DNA of 64,000 nucleotides from Okamejei kenojei (Eukaryota): positions 18,166,001-18,230,000 of the forward strand of contig CM069167.1 in assembly GCA_035221665.1 (NCBI GenBank), given 5' to 3'. Position 1 is the first letter of the stretch. Each line of letters begins with the position of its first letter. The notes under the pieces were generated by a model. The model saw nothing but the letters and a program-made list of their open reading frames with translations. It was not told the origin of the DNA and did no database searches. The translations under genes and the position numbers were made by a program. This document shows positions 48,946 through 61,774 of this stretch, piece after piece.

Positions 48946-50838
48946 TCATCGTGCTTCCATAAAGGTGCGTGTTTGCCTGCGAGCTCCAATCACTGTGTGT
49001 GTGTGTGTGTGTGTGTAGTTGACGGGACCGTCAAGTAGCGTGCCTTCTTTTATTTTCAAGGAAAAGAGGAAGATGCCGCGCTCGCATTTCAACCCAATTC
49101 AACTGAAACTTCCAGGAAGGAGAAAAATAATTTTTCAGCAAAATGTTCAAAAGCCACAATTACGGTTCTGCAATCAAGTCGCCACCACATCGGGGGTGAA
49201 CGTCGGCGCCTGAGGTCATGACAAGGCGGCCGCACTTTGTGGATTGTCACGAGCCAAGTTTAAGGTGAGGGAAGGAGAGGCAGACAAGCGGGGGCTGGTT
49301 GTGGAGGTTGGCAAGTTGCTCTGGAAAGAAATCTCTCACGAGCTGCATGAAGTCTTCAAGGAATTAATGGTGAGCCAAAGAAAAAGAGGAGAAGGGAAAA
49401 GGAAAAAGGAAGGAAAAAGAGAAAGCATCATGTTCGGGCTACGGGACCTGTGTTCCTGTGCCCAGTGGGAGTGTGCTTCTATTGCAAAATTTAATAATAA
49501 TAATAATAATAATAATATCTTTTATTGTCCATTACACATAAGTGCAACGAGATGAGGTTTGCAACTTCCAGTCCGATGTCATAGTTTGTGTTGAGAGAGA
49601 TGTTGAAGCGAGAGCCAGTGGACTTTCAAAAAAAGGCCGTTGACAAGGTCCCACACAAGAGATTACTGTGCAAAATTCGAGCATATGGTATTGGGGGTAG
49701 CAGCTGGCCTGTACAAAGCTTTTCAAAAAGGGGGGTGGCATGACAGGATTTATGTATGTGCGTTCGCACATCACGAGCGCAAAAGTCCCCTCAATGCGGG
49801 GTCCCGGGGTCAGGGCCCTAAAGCTCAGGAGTTTTAGATGCTCCCTGATTGCAGTCTGAGCCTTATTTTGGAGCATTTCTGCACAAATTTATGACCAATA
49901 TTCCAGAAATTAAAAGGAATATGAGGTAATTTTTTCACACAAAGGGTGCTGGGTGTATGGAAGAGCTGCCAGAGGAGGTAGTTAAGGGCTGGGACTTATC
50001 CTAATGTTTAAGAGACATTTGGACACGTACATGAATAGGACAGGTTTAGATGGATATGGACAAATAAGTTGTGGTGAGGTCGGACATGTTGGTCGGAGGT
50101 GTGGGCAAGTTGGGCTGAAGGGCAAGTTTCCACATTGCATCATTCTATGACTAAAAAGTTAAGAAGAAAAAATGCATGTAGATATGTAGATTTGAAATTA
50201 AATGAGTGAAATGTAAAGGCAGAGAGGTTTTTGGGTGGAAAGGAACATAGGGGTAGGGACGTGGAGAACACTTTGGATAGGTGACATTTCACAGAGTGCT
50301 AGGAGTTAACTCAGTGGGTCAGGCAGCATCGCTGGAGAAATCACGAGGTCCGGAGCCGGGTCATGGAGCCAGGTGTGTGGTCGGAGTAGAGACGGGGCCG
50401 GGAATCAGTAATCCGACATATCCCCTCCCACACCCCCTCCCCCTTTTCCCCCCACAACCTCCCATATAACCTCCTCTCCCCCACTACACCCCTCTCCAAA
50501 CCACAGAACCCCCCCCCCCCCCCCCTCCCTCACATACCACCCCATCCACACAAGCTCCCTACCCACAACCCCCCCCCCCCCAAACCCACAACCTCCTCCC
50601 CCTCAACCCCCACCTGCCCCCTATCCCCGCCCTCCCCACAGCCCCCCGTCGTAAATGAAAAAATGTTTAAAATTAAGGATGTTTCATTCTAAATATTTAT
50701 AAAAATAATTATAAATAATTTAAAACACTATTAAACATTTATGACAGAAATTGACATTGTTGCGTGAAGTCTTACTTTGAATTCAGATTACGTAGAGGTT
50801 GTTAGTGTTGCAGAGTGCGGGGCAGCCGAGCTCCAGAA

Positions 50839-50956
50839 TCACATTTTCGCTGGTTCTCCTGTGAACGGAAACACGGTAGAGGCAAGTGTATTCTGGATGG
50901 CAGTCCAGTTGCCTATTCCCGCAGTTCAGTGAATTTGTAAACGGCAGATCCTTATT
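50839..50956 (-). CDS. Terminal exon of a SUN-domain (LINC complex) protein gene, with indels
   Basis: AVYKFTELR..GNW.HPEYTCLYRV.VHGEPAKM* matches the SUN C-terminal signature NWGHPEYTCLYRFRVHGEP. Confidence 0.85.
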
Positions 50957-51409
50957 TACAAAGCAAAAAAACATGACGACAGATCAGGGAACCTGTGCTT
51001 CAGTCTGAATAAAAGTATGCAGGCAGGAGGAGAAGGTGGAATTAGCAACAAATTTCAGGCTTAAACATCCTGTTGATCGTGGATTTCAGGACATTCTACT
51101 CAATTACATTCAGCATTGATAACAAGCATTTTATCACGGAAAAGGTCGATGATTTACAGAGGTATAAGAGGAACATGGATCTCAAATTACAGCAGGAAAT
51201 ATGGGAGCAACAACTTTATTCCATGTTAGCATCGTGGATGGGGATGAGAGAACATGCTTACTTACACAGGCTTGAAAATAAACTCTATTCTGGAAAGATA
51301 AAATGATGGAGTAAACTCAGTGGGTCAGGCAGCATTCCTTGGACCTGCCTGACCTGCTGATTTACTCCAGCATTTTGCCTTCTTTCCTCGGGTAAACCAG
51401 CATCTGCAG

Positions 51410-54400
51410 TGGGCAGAGATTTAGATTCTTAGATCACTGGGATCTGTTTTGGAGTAAGGGGGGAAACTGTACAAAAGGAACGGATTGCATCTTAACAGGG
51501 TTGGGGGACCAGCATTCTGGCAGGCAGGTTTGTCATTGCTACACGGGTGGTTTTAAAACTGAATAAGGGCAGTGGGGTGTCAAATGGGATAGTCGAGGAT
51601 GGAGTTAAAGGGTAAAGAGAGAGTAAAGGGATGTTAATTACCCCAGAATTAACAGGGCCCCCCCCCCAAGGAAGCTCACAAAGGGATAGGAGGAGTTGGC
51701 CAAGTGTAATAGGGATCAATGTGAAAGGTGAGATCCGTAAGGAATTAAAAGTATTGTATATAAGTATAAGAAAGTAAAGTAGATGAGCTTGAGGCTCAGT
51801 TTGAGGTTGGTAGATTATGACTGTGGGGATTACTGAGTACGTGGCTGCAGGAGGATCGGGCCTGGGAAAACTTTATATCAAGGTTATACATCCTATAGAA
51901 ATTGGGACAGGCGGTGGGCAGAGGAGGGGGGGGGGGGGGTTGGGGGGTTTGTAGCTCTGCTGGTGAGGGATGGAATTCAGTCCCTTGCAAGGGAAAAAGA
52001 CATAGGGGACTAACGAGGATTGAGGTCAGGAATTGTAAGGCAAGAAGACACTAATCGGTGATATTTACAAACCCCAAATAGTAGCCCGGATTGTAGGGTT
52101 TGTAAGTGCAGCTGGAGTTAAAATGGCATGTAACATGTAATGCCACTGTGGGATGGGGGGTTTAAATAAAGCAGGTTGACTGGGGAAAATTCAGGTTGGC
52201 TCAGGACCCAAGAATGTGAGTTTGTAGAATTCCTCCGAGATTGGATTCTTGTAGCAGCTTGTAATGGGCCAACAAGAGTAATGGCAATTCTGGATTTAAC
52301 GGTTGTCCAATGAACCAGATATGATAGAGGGGAAACTCGTGGTAAAGGAACCGCCTTGGAGGTAGTTTTGTTCATAATACGATTAGTTTTATTCTGCAAT
52401 TTGAGAGAAGGAGAACATTAAATCAGAAGTGCAGTGATGCAGTTGAACTACGTGGGGACTAATTAGGCAGCAGAGGGGAGCTGGACAAAGTAGTATGGAA
52501 GGGATCGTAGAAGGATTGGACGGTGGAACTGAAATGGAGGAATTCAAGGGCATAATCCGGGGAGACGCAGGTTCATTTCTTTCCAATAAGGAGGGAAAGA
52601 TTCTAGGGGAGAAGGACGGCTTCCGGTGGCTGACAAGACAAGGTTGGGATAGAATAAAACTAAAAGAAAAGAGATTATAACACAGCCAAAGTGTTGCGGA
52701 AGCTGAGGATTGGGAAATTTTCATAGGACAGCAGAAGGGAAAAACACAACGCGGCAACACGGGCTGAATAGATGAAGTTCGAGGGGAATTGGCCAGAAAT
52801 ATAAAGTAACAGTATAAGCTTCTTTGTAATTTGAAGGGAAAAGGAGTTGCAAAGTCAAATGTGGGCCCCTCGTAGGCAGAAGTCGGGTGATATTTTTCAT
52901 GGGCTACAAGGAAATTGCTGAAGAGTTGATTAGGTACTTCGGATCTGTCTTCACTTAGAAGACACATACACATCTCCACTGATGTACTGGGAGGCAGAGG
53001 ATCCAAAGGGGGGTAGAGGAACGAAAGAAAATTTTCTTTAGACGAGAAATAGAATTGGGTAGGATTATGGAATGAAGGATGATATAATCCCCTGCGGCAT
53101 AAAGGTCTGCATGCCCAGGGTCCTAGCGAGGGTGAGCCTCTAGATATAGTGGATGCAATTGGTGATCATTTCAAAGTTCTGATAGATTCAGGATCAGTTC
53201 ATTGTGGATTGAGGATAGCTAATGTTATCCCACTTTTCAAGAAAGGAGCGTGAGAGAAAACAGGGAATTACAGACAGTTTGCTGATTTCGGTGGTGGGAA
53301 AGTTGCTGGAGTAATTATTAAAGAGGTAATTTATGGGGCATTTGGTTAGCAGTTAAACGGATTAGTCCAAGTCAACATGGATTTATGAATGGGAAATCTT
53401 TGGAATTTTTTGAGGATGTGGCAAGTAACACTGGATGAAGGTGGTGCCAGTTGGATGTAGTGTATCTGACTTTCAGAAAGCCTTTGATTAGGTCCGCACG
53501 GGGAGACTGGTGGGACTAAAAATTAGAGCACATTGTATTGGGGGTGGGATGTTGGCAGGGATTGAAATTTGGTTTGGCTGAAACCGGAAGCAAAGAGTTA
53601 GGAGTGAATCGGGTCCTTTTGGGAAAATGGCAGGCTGGGCGAGTGGAGTGCCGCATAAGGGCTCGGTGTTGGGGGCCGCCCTGTTTACCTATATATATAT
53701 TTTTGGCGGCAAAACAAGGGGGCAGATTTTTTCCAATGGGGTTAGGTTAGGTAAGGGGGAAAGGTGCAGTGTAGACTGGGTGTTTACTTGTACATGTCTC
53801 ACTGAAAGTTGGCTTGCAGTTCAGCAGGCAGTGAAGAAAGTATTGGAATGTTCGGCCTTCAAAACAATAAGGATTTCAGTATAGGAGTAATGAGGTCTTC
53901 TGCAGTTGTTTAGGGCTCTTGTGAGACAACAACTGGTGTTTTGTGTACAACTTTTGGTCTCCTAATTCTGAGGAGGAATCCTTGTGTGTGTGGCACAGTG
54001 CAGCGTTGGTTTCAGGAGATTGATCCCTGGGATGGCCCGGACTGTCTTATAAGGAAAGATGAAAAGACTAGGGCTTGTATCACTTGAGTTGAGAAGGATG
54101 GCGGCGGATCTTATAGAAAACATATAACAGTTTAAAAGGACTGGACAAGTTAGATGCAGGAAATAAATATTCCCTTGTTGGGCGAGTCCAGAACCAGGGA
54201 CCACAGTCTTAGAATAAAGGAGAGGTCATTTAAGTCTGAGGTAGCGAAAAATCGTTTTCATCCCAGAGAGTTGTGAATTTTGGTATTTCCTGCCACGAGG
54301 GCTGTGAAAGGCCAAAATCACTTGGCTGGATTTGAAGAGGTTTGATAGTGCTTAGGGGCAAAGTGGAATCAAGGGATATGGGGAGGATGAAGGCTCGGGT

Positions 54401-54500
54401 TATGTTGATAGGGGTCGATCGGCCATGTTCAACAATGAATGGCGGTGCTGGATCGAAGGACGGAATGGCCTCTTCCTGCACCTATTTTCTAAGTTTCTAT
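51410..54500 (+). mobile_element. Long CR1 LINE (end of ORF1 esterase, ORF2, 3' UTR) in the last SUN intron
   Basis: FLDHWDLFW...NGLHLN (SGNH-esterase-like ORF1 end); APE and RT motifs with many indels; CR1 tail. Confidence 0.88.
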
Positions 54501-55805
54501 CTGCCAGATTCTTGTTTCTTCAATCTGTAATCTGGATTTGTTTCGGCAAGTTTGAAACTTGTAGATGCTTCAAGTAGATCGCCACAGACCATATCTACTC
54601 GGTTTCCCCTATTTTGCATCTGAAAAACATGTTTATCCTGAAACAGAATCCTTGAACGGTCAATTTTAAAAAAGTATCTCTGCGCACTTGCTGCCTTTGA
54701 CTGAGTTTTCCAGCTTGCGTTTCAGTCCTTCCATCAACATGCAGATTTGCTATTTTCTATTTTTACTTGTCATTTGTTCGTCAATTCGATATATTGCGAG
54801 AATACAATCTGGAAGAAGTGGCTTCCGATGTTGAAGCCTCAGCGGCCTATGAAAGGACCCGTGGAACGGGCCGATTTCAAGCCCAGCGGCTGAAAGCCGG
54901 CATCTAATGCATCTCGCTCTCTCACTCGGGCCCAGCGCAGCCACTTGATCGGGGTGGTTCGGTACAGCGTTGGAGTCGGCGGCCGTGAGCAAGAGGAGAC
55001 CAGGTCACCGCGGGTTGTGGGTTCTCTATCTGGATGGGCGGAGGTCTGCTGCGGCATGCTGGCAGTGTACACAGAGAGAGAGAGTGAGAGAGAGAGAGAG
55101 AGAGGCCACTCGGCCCGCTATGCTTGTCTGCTGCCTCACAGCAGCAGGGACACGGGTTTAGATCCTGATCCGGGCGCCTGTCTGTACGGGTCTCTTTCTC
55201 CCCACTTACACCTGGTCTGATGTTTAATCTCTCCTCGTGCTGTACAGACCGTGCTCCTGCACCGAGTGCTTGAGCCTCCAGCTCTCTAGCTTAAGTTTAT
55301 TTTGTCTGTGGGTCTCCAAGGGCCCACGGCTGGCCTCTTCGAAGCTAGCGTGTTGTGCGTGGGTGTGTGAGGGTGCACATGCACGGCGGCGCCTTGTAAG
55401 AAATTGTGTGTCCCGGGTTCCACCCATGTTTGATTGCGATTTCCGTGCCTGGGCTCAGTTCTTACAGCCAAGACCCATAAGCATTACTGTAAGGGGCTGC
55501 CAACTGCGTTTCAGTTGAGAATGGGTTCAGTGCATGCTAAGTAGTGGGGGAAGGGGGTTGGACAAGAATCTACAATAGAGCCTTCTTTGTAAGTCTTAGC
55601 TGATCAGTGGCGCAGGAACAAGAATGATTGGGTTAGATCATTGTGGATCAAGAGGCCATACAGGTCCTACTTTTTGGTTCAAAAAAGGTTGCATTGGGTA
55701 AGGTGGAAAGAAATGCGAAGAACAATAATGGAGATCGGGGAAATTAGCATAGTATCAAAAAAGAAACTTTGGGGGAATATATGTAAAAAAAAAAAAGTTG
55801 ACTAA

Positions 55806-56111
55806 TGGGCCTGTCCCACGGGTTTCGAGTTCATTCCAAGAGCTCTCAGTGTTTGCCCTGATTCGAACTCGGTAGATTTACAGTAATGGCCGCTTGTCGT
55901 GCTCAGGGCTCTCGTGGTCATTTTCAAACTTTGGAAAAATCTTCAACGAGTCTTTCTGAGTACCTGCGTTAGGGTTTTCGAGGCCGCTAAAGAGACGTCC
56001 ACGAGTTCCGTCGTATCCGCTTCTTTTATTGCCCTGATTACCGCGAGTTTCATTTTTTTTTAATACTCGGAGAGAGCTCTTGGAATGAACTCTTACTGTG
56101 GGGCAGGGCCA
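55806..56111. mobile_element. PIF/Harbinger-like MITE
   Basis: taa|tgggcctgtcccac...gtggggcagggcca|taa; internal inverted gagttcattccaagagctctc / gagagctcttggaatgaactc. Confidence 0.75.
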
Positions 56112-57712
56112 TAAAGATGTTAAATCCTCATGGCTGGTGTCATACTAAATCTTAATATTTTGGAAGATGCGATAGGAACATAGTTGTCATCTTTCGTAAT
56201 TACATAATAGTGTAGTACTGTTCCCACAATACCGGAAGGTTGCAAATGCCAGATTGGAGGGTGATTTAAAAAAAGGAATGTTACAGTGCTATCTGCATTT
56301 TAGATTTGGGGTTTTATGCAATCTTTTATTTCATGTAGTTGCATTCATGTGGCTTTTAATTAATGAGGTGCTTGGGGTCGGTTGATTTTCAATGTCACAT
56401 GTTTGACCATATCAATTCAAGTTTTTTGTTTTTTATGGTTTAATTTGCAGGAGTATGATGTTGTGTATTAGGAACTTTCAGAAAGTGTCCAACTAAGTCC
56501 ATTAATAATTGGAACAAAGGGATCAAAAAGGTATGGAAATTTGTGAACCAAGCAGGGTGGTGTGTGAGCTGAAACAGGATTAGGAGAGGTTTTTGGATAA
56601 GCAGGTTAATGAATGAGCAGGGAAATGCAGAAAATGGTTGGAGCCAAACACAAAAAAGTATGTTCTTTATGATGCAGTTTCCTGGGCATGATCAACGTGT
56701 TGAATGTCTGTGGCAATGCCCCAAGAAGAAAAGAACGACTACATCCTGCTACGGACATATGCGGAGACACATCAGATGCACCTCGGGGACAATCGCCAGG
56801 TAAATTACTTGCAGTTTCCAGGAGTAAAAGGGATTTAAAGACTCTGCATGAATGAAATCAAGCACCGTGCCAGAATTTAATGCTTTAGTTGCCTTCACTG
56901 GAGTTCAGCCCCTTTCACTCTATGTGGCTCCTGGATCATGTTATTGATCTTTGCCACTTGATCTCATTACTGGAATTCTATAAAGCCTTGGCCTTATGCA
57001 AATAGGTTTTAAGTGTAGAATTGGGTGACACGGAGGCGCTGCGGTAGTGTTGCTCGCCCTTACAACTCGAGGGTTCCAAACTTTGTACATTTTTCTCCCG
57101 TGGGGTTTCCCGAGATCTTCGGTTTCACACCAAATACAGGTTTGTAGGTTAATTGGCTGGCATCTATGTATATTGTCCTTCCCTTGTGTGCGTTCCTGAG
57201 GTGGGAATTCTATCATCAGAGGGCGGTTCTTGGATAACTTTCAAGAGAGAGCTAGATAGGGCGCTTGAAGATTGCGGAAGTCATGGGATAATGGGGGAGA
57301 AGGGAGGTCGGGGGGGTATCTGATTTTGGATGTTCAGCCTTGTTCACATTTGAATGGCAGAGTGATGGCTTGAAGGGCAAAGGCCTAATCCTGCACCTTT
57401 TCTCTATTGATAGTGTTTGGGTGCGGACTTAGGGGCCTCCTGTTTCTGCATGTATCTCTAAGCTAAAGAAAAAACATGGGTGAATGTCAGCACCATAACT
57501 GCGAATCTCAGTTGCATATACAACCAGTGAGCTAACTGTCAAATATTGGCACATGCCACATTTGGTTTAACAGTTACTACATCGCTAAGTATTTTTTTGT
57601 AAATGTTAGATAATTATTTTGAGGCAATGTGAAAATATAAGCTTGCGGAAAAAGGGCCAAGGTTCTAGGATGTTCCAGCTAAGAATCAATGATCCTTTAT
57701 GCTCTTTCATAC

Positions 57713-57806
57713 TGAACACCTCAAACGTCTGGATTGAAATCCCTTCCTCGTTGTAGAGTTTATTGTCCCAATAGGACCCTTCGGGTGAATTTTCACCATT
57801 CATGCC
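57713..57806 (-). CDS. Penultimate exon of the SUN-domain gene
   Basis: ttcacag|GMNGENSPEG..LGQ..YNEEGISIQTFEV|gtatga; corresponds to SUN1 GLENEYQEEGQLLGQFTYDQDGESLQMF. Confidence 0.85.
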
Positions 57807-58664
57807 CTGTGAACATGTAGGAAAATGAGCAGCTTCACTCACAGGAAAATTACTCTCCAGTCACCCCAACAATGATACCTGTGTGATAAGCAGGACTTTC
57901 ACCCTTGCCTGGAAGAAAGCTTGGTGGTATATATATAAGTCATCTTCATTTCAAAAGACTAGTAGCTCCATAAAGTTCAATTGGAAAAATGTCATCACCT
58001 CTTTTAGCCATGAAGGGAATCTGTACAACAATCAAACGCAAGGTTTCGAGTTGTCCTTTGCATGCGTGGCATCTGTCTCATCTGTGGTAGAATCAGTGTG
58101 TCCCACCACGGGGCACTCATCAGGCACCTCTATCCACAGAACTTGAGTCGGAAGCAAAGTCATCCTCAATCCTGAGAGAATTACCAGTGGAAGATTTGTT
58201 ACCCCCACTCAGGAAAGCACTTGGCATAAAAATTTGTCCTAGTATGTGTAGGGGGGGTGTTATCTTAATCTCTTCTATTGGCTGTTAAAGTTGCTTAATC
58301 ACTGTATGAAGTTAGCAGTTGGTTAGCAATGTTGAGGATTGTGGATAAAGTGACAAAAACTCAGTTGAAAACCAAGAACACAGTTCAAAACCAACAGTTT
58401 GAGCAAGTTGGTGTTGCATGGAAGATTGAAGATTATATTAGTGGGCTTCAATTTTGAGGGATTATGGTTTGGACTTGTGAAATGGAATTTGCTCATTTTT
58501 AACGGAAACTTGTTAATGTTCTTTGGGTCGTGGATTGTGAGACCACTAGGGACCCTGGGAACATGGAATCAATGTCCAAGAAAGCCTTGCCTGTTCAAAG
58601 AATGCTCCAGTCAAGCAACCATGGATCCCAAAACATACACTCATTAATCTTGAAGTTTCTTCAC

Positions 58665-58830
58665 ATAAACAGAGAATGTCTTGTGGGGCGCTCTAATTGA
58701 TCCACTCGGAGAATGGATCTTGGAATGTGGCTCAAGGGTAAAGGATGTAGGCCTGACCGGACAGCAAGCTCTCTGACAACAAAGCCTTGGAGCCTTTTAA
58801 ATGGCAAACAGTTCCCAGGATGAACCTCGG
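58665..58830 (-). CDS. Third-from-last exon of the SUN-domain gene
   Basis: ctctcttgcag|PEVHPGNC.PFKGSQGFVV.ELAV.VRPTSFTLEHIPRSISPSGSI.SAPQDFSVY|gt after correcting several indels; corresponds to SUN1 PDIYPGNCWAFKGSQG...FTLEHIP...SAPKDFAVY. Confidence 0.9.
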
Positions 58831-59084
58831 CTGCAAGAGAGGACCCAGAACAAACAATAATATATATTTGGATAGATTCACAGTTTAGTTTAGAGTTTAC
58901 AGCGCGGAAACTGGAATTTTAACACTTTCCTACACACTCGTGTCTTTTTTGTTTTACATTTTACAAGCCAATATCCTTACTAAACTGTTACGTCTTGGAG
59001 AGGGGAGGAAACCGAAGTTTAGGAGAAAACCATGCAGTGTCACGGGGGAGAACGTACAAATACTCCGTTCAGACAGCACCTAGT

Positions 59085-61770
59085 TTCCTTGCCTCTAGCG
59101 GGTCCGAGCTTAACATCTTATATGTTCAATGAGATTCCCTTCATCCTTCTTAACTCCAGAAGTGTACTGACCAGCTGCTCCATTCTCTCAGATTTGACAG
59201 TCCCGCAGCACCGGAAGTACACCTTGTAAACCTATGCTGATCCCTCATCAGCTTAAACTAGTCCTTCCTCAAATTAGGGGACCATAACTGCACACAATAC
59301 TGCAGGATGTGGTCTCACTTGGGACTGCACTACTGCAGAAGGATCCTTTTGTCCTATATTCGATTCATCTTTATAAAGGCCAATATTGCCATTCGTTTTC
59401 TTCACTGCCTGCTGTACCTGCATGCTTACTTTCATAGATGATGTACTAGGACCCCCAGATCCCGTAGTACTGCCCTTTTCCAACTTGACGCATTAGATAG
59501 TAATCTCCTTCTGTTTTGCTACCAAAGTGGATACCTCACATTTATCTGCATTAACTTCACTGCCATGCATCCTCCCACTCTCCCAACCTGTCCAAGTCAC
59601 CTGCATTATCACGCTTCCTCCTCACTGTTCACGCTGCCACCTCAGCTTTGTGTCAAGCTGCAATTTGCTAATGTTACTTTGAATCCCTTCATCCAAATTT
59701 GGTGTATATTGTAAATTGTGCGGGTACAGCACGTGTCTTGCGGTACCCCATAGTCATGCTGCATTCTGAAAGGGGACCGTTAATCCCTACTCTTGTTTCT
59801 GTCTGCCAACCAATTCTCTTTCCATGTCAGCACTCTACCCCAATACCATGTGCCCTAATTTTGCCACTAAATCTCCGATGTGGGACTTATCATATGCTTT
59901 CTGAGTCCAGGTACACTACATCCTCTGGCTCTCATTGTCATTTTCTAGTTACATCTTCAAAAAGTTCCGGATGATTAGTCAAGCATGATTTCCCCTTCGT
60001 TAAATCCATGCTGACTGGGACCAATCTTTTTACTGCTGTCCAAATGTTCGGGCTTTTTCATCTTTTATAATTGTCTCCAGCATCTTCCCTCCACGATGTC
60101 AGGCCAACTGGTCTATAATTCAGTTTTCTCCCGCTCCCGCGTTTCTTAAAAAGTGGGATAGATAACATTAGCTACCCTCCAATTCACACGAACTGTTCTG
60201 AGCCTATAACGAACATTGTTAAATTATCCCAATGCATCCACGATTTCTTGCGCCACTTCCTTAAAGTACCTGGGATGCTGAACACGGGCCCTGGGGGATT
60301 CATCAGCTTCTGTCCCTTCAGTCTATCCAACACCATTTCCTGCCTAATGTGGTTTTTCCTTCAGTTCTTCTGTCACCCAGACCTCTGGCCATACTATTAT
60401 CAGAAGTTGTTTGTGTCCCCTTAGTGAAGAACAGATCCAAAGTACCTGTTCAAATCATCTGCCACATCCTTGTTGATGCTTTCACCGAGGATCTTGTGGG
60501 AGGGAGGTAACTGAAGGGAATCCACATTAGTCCGGAAATGGTGTTTGGGTAACTGTTGGGAATGGTAGGCAATCCCCAGGGGCCTGATGGTCTGCTTCTC
60601 ACCAGAGTACTCGAGAAAGTTGGTCTAGGAATTGTGGATGCATTGGTGATCATTTTCCAGTGTTCTCTCGATCTGGAATCAGACCCTGTGGACTGGAGGG
60701 TAGCTAATTAACCTCTACTTTTTGTGAAAGGAGGGTGGGGAGGAAAAATAACGGAGAATTATAGACAGTTAGCCTTACATCCGAAGTGGGGTAAGGGGAT
60801 TAATAAAGATTTAATTAGCGCGCATTTGGTAAAGAGCGACAGGATCGGTCTAAGTCAGCATGGATTTATGATGGGGAAATGTTGTGTAGAGAATATGATT
60901 AGCATATTGGAATGTCTTGCGCAATTGAAAGCTATGCGCACAGAGACTCAAGATGGCGAGTTAACACCAGATTTATTGTTAAGTACCTGTGTGTTCCGAG
61001 TCCTTTTCCAGCACCAATTCATAACATTTGGCGACGAGGATGGCGATTCCGTTAGCCGAACAGAATAGTTGTTGTTTTGAGGCTTTCTCAAGATGGACAG
61101 AAATGAAAAGACACGTTATGTTTTTTGGCACGCAAAAAGTTGGACGAGGAACGCACGACCGCCAGGATACAGGGCTGTGCTGTTGCGGGGCTGCGCAGCT
61201 AGAAGCTAGCAGCCAGCATGCTGAACAACGACGGGTGGTGCCTTACTTTAATCGCTTTCCAGTGCCTTGCATGCCCTCGGCCAAGTCCAGAATACGCCAC
61301 GACGTCGAGTGAGGTGTCCATGTGCCGTGCAGCCCTGGCTCCGTACCTCCACCATCGTCAGTAGAGGAAGCCGAGTCTCCGAGTGCCAGCGCCGGGATAG
61401 CGGGGGGGGGACACTATAGGGTAAGCGGTGCAAAGCCGTGAAGCCAGCGGACGCCCAGCCCGTGAGGGAACAGCCGAGAAGTCACCGAATGCACCGGTGT
61501 CCAGCGACTGTCAAGTTGGACCGGATTATTTAATCTATACAAAAGCTCGGACTTTCGAATTAAATGTATTGTTCATTGATAACAATAATTAGAGGATATT
61601 ATGAACAAAGTCCGTTTCCAGCCACCAGTATTCATAACAGGAATTCAGGCTTGAATTGTTTTTTCTGTGATAATCTTTCTGGAATTTTTTGAGGAGGAAG
61701 TGCGTTGGGATATGGTGGAGAGCCAGTGATGTGGTATATCTGGGTCTTTCTTAAAGTCCCATTCAAGAGA
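59085..61770. mobile_element. CR1 with an inverted junction (- 59085-60473, + 60474-61770) carrying a Gypsy relic
   Basis: CR1 RT motifs switch strand at ~60474. Confidence 0.8.
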
Positions 61771-61774
61771 TTTA

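Noticed and set aside
50786-51306. Apparent + strand exon (DYVEVVSVAEC...) and a 77-aa coiled-coil-like ORF
   Set aside because: The first part is the antisense of the SUN terminal exon; the rest has no clear splice sites or recognisable homology
56678-56800. + strand exon-like segment ending cag|gtaaat
   Set aside because: Isolated within a SUN intron, with no partner exons or recognisable protein
57840-58660. Coding-looking acidic stretch on the - strand
   Set aside because: Lies in the intron between two SUN exons; frames are broken and no family was recognised
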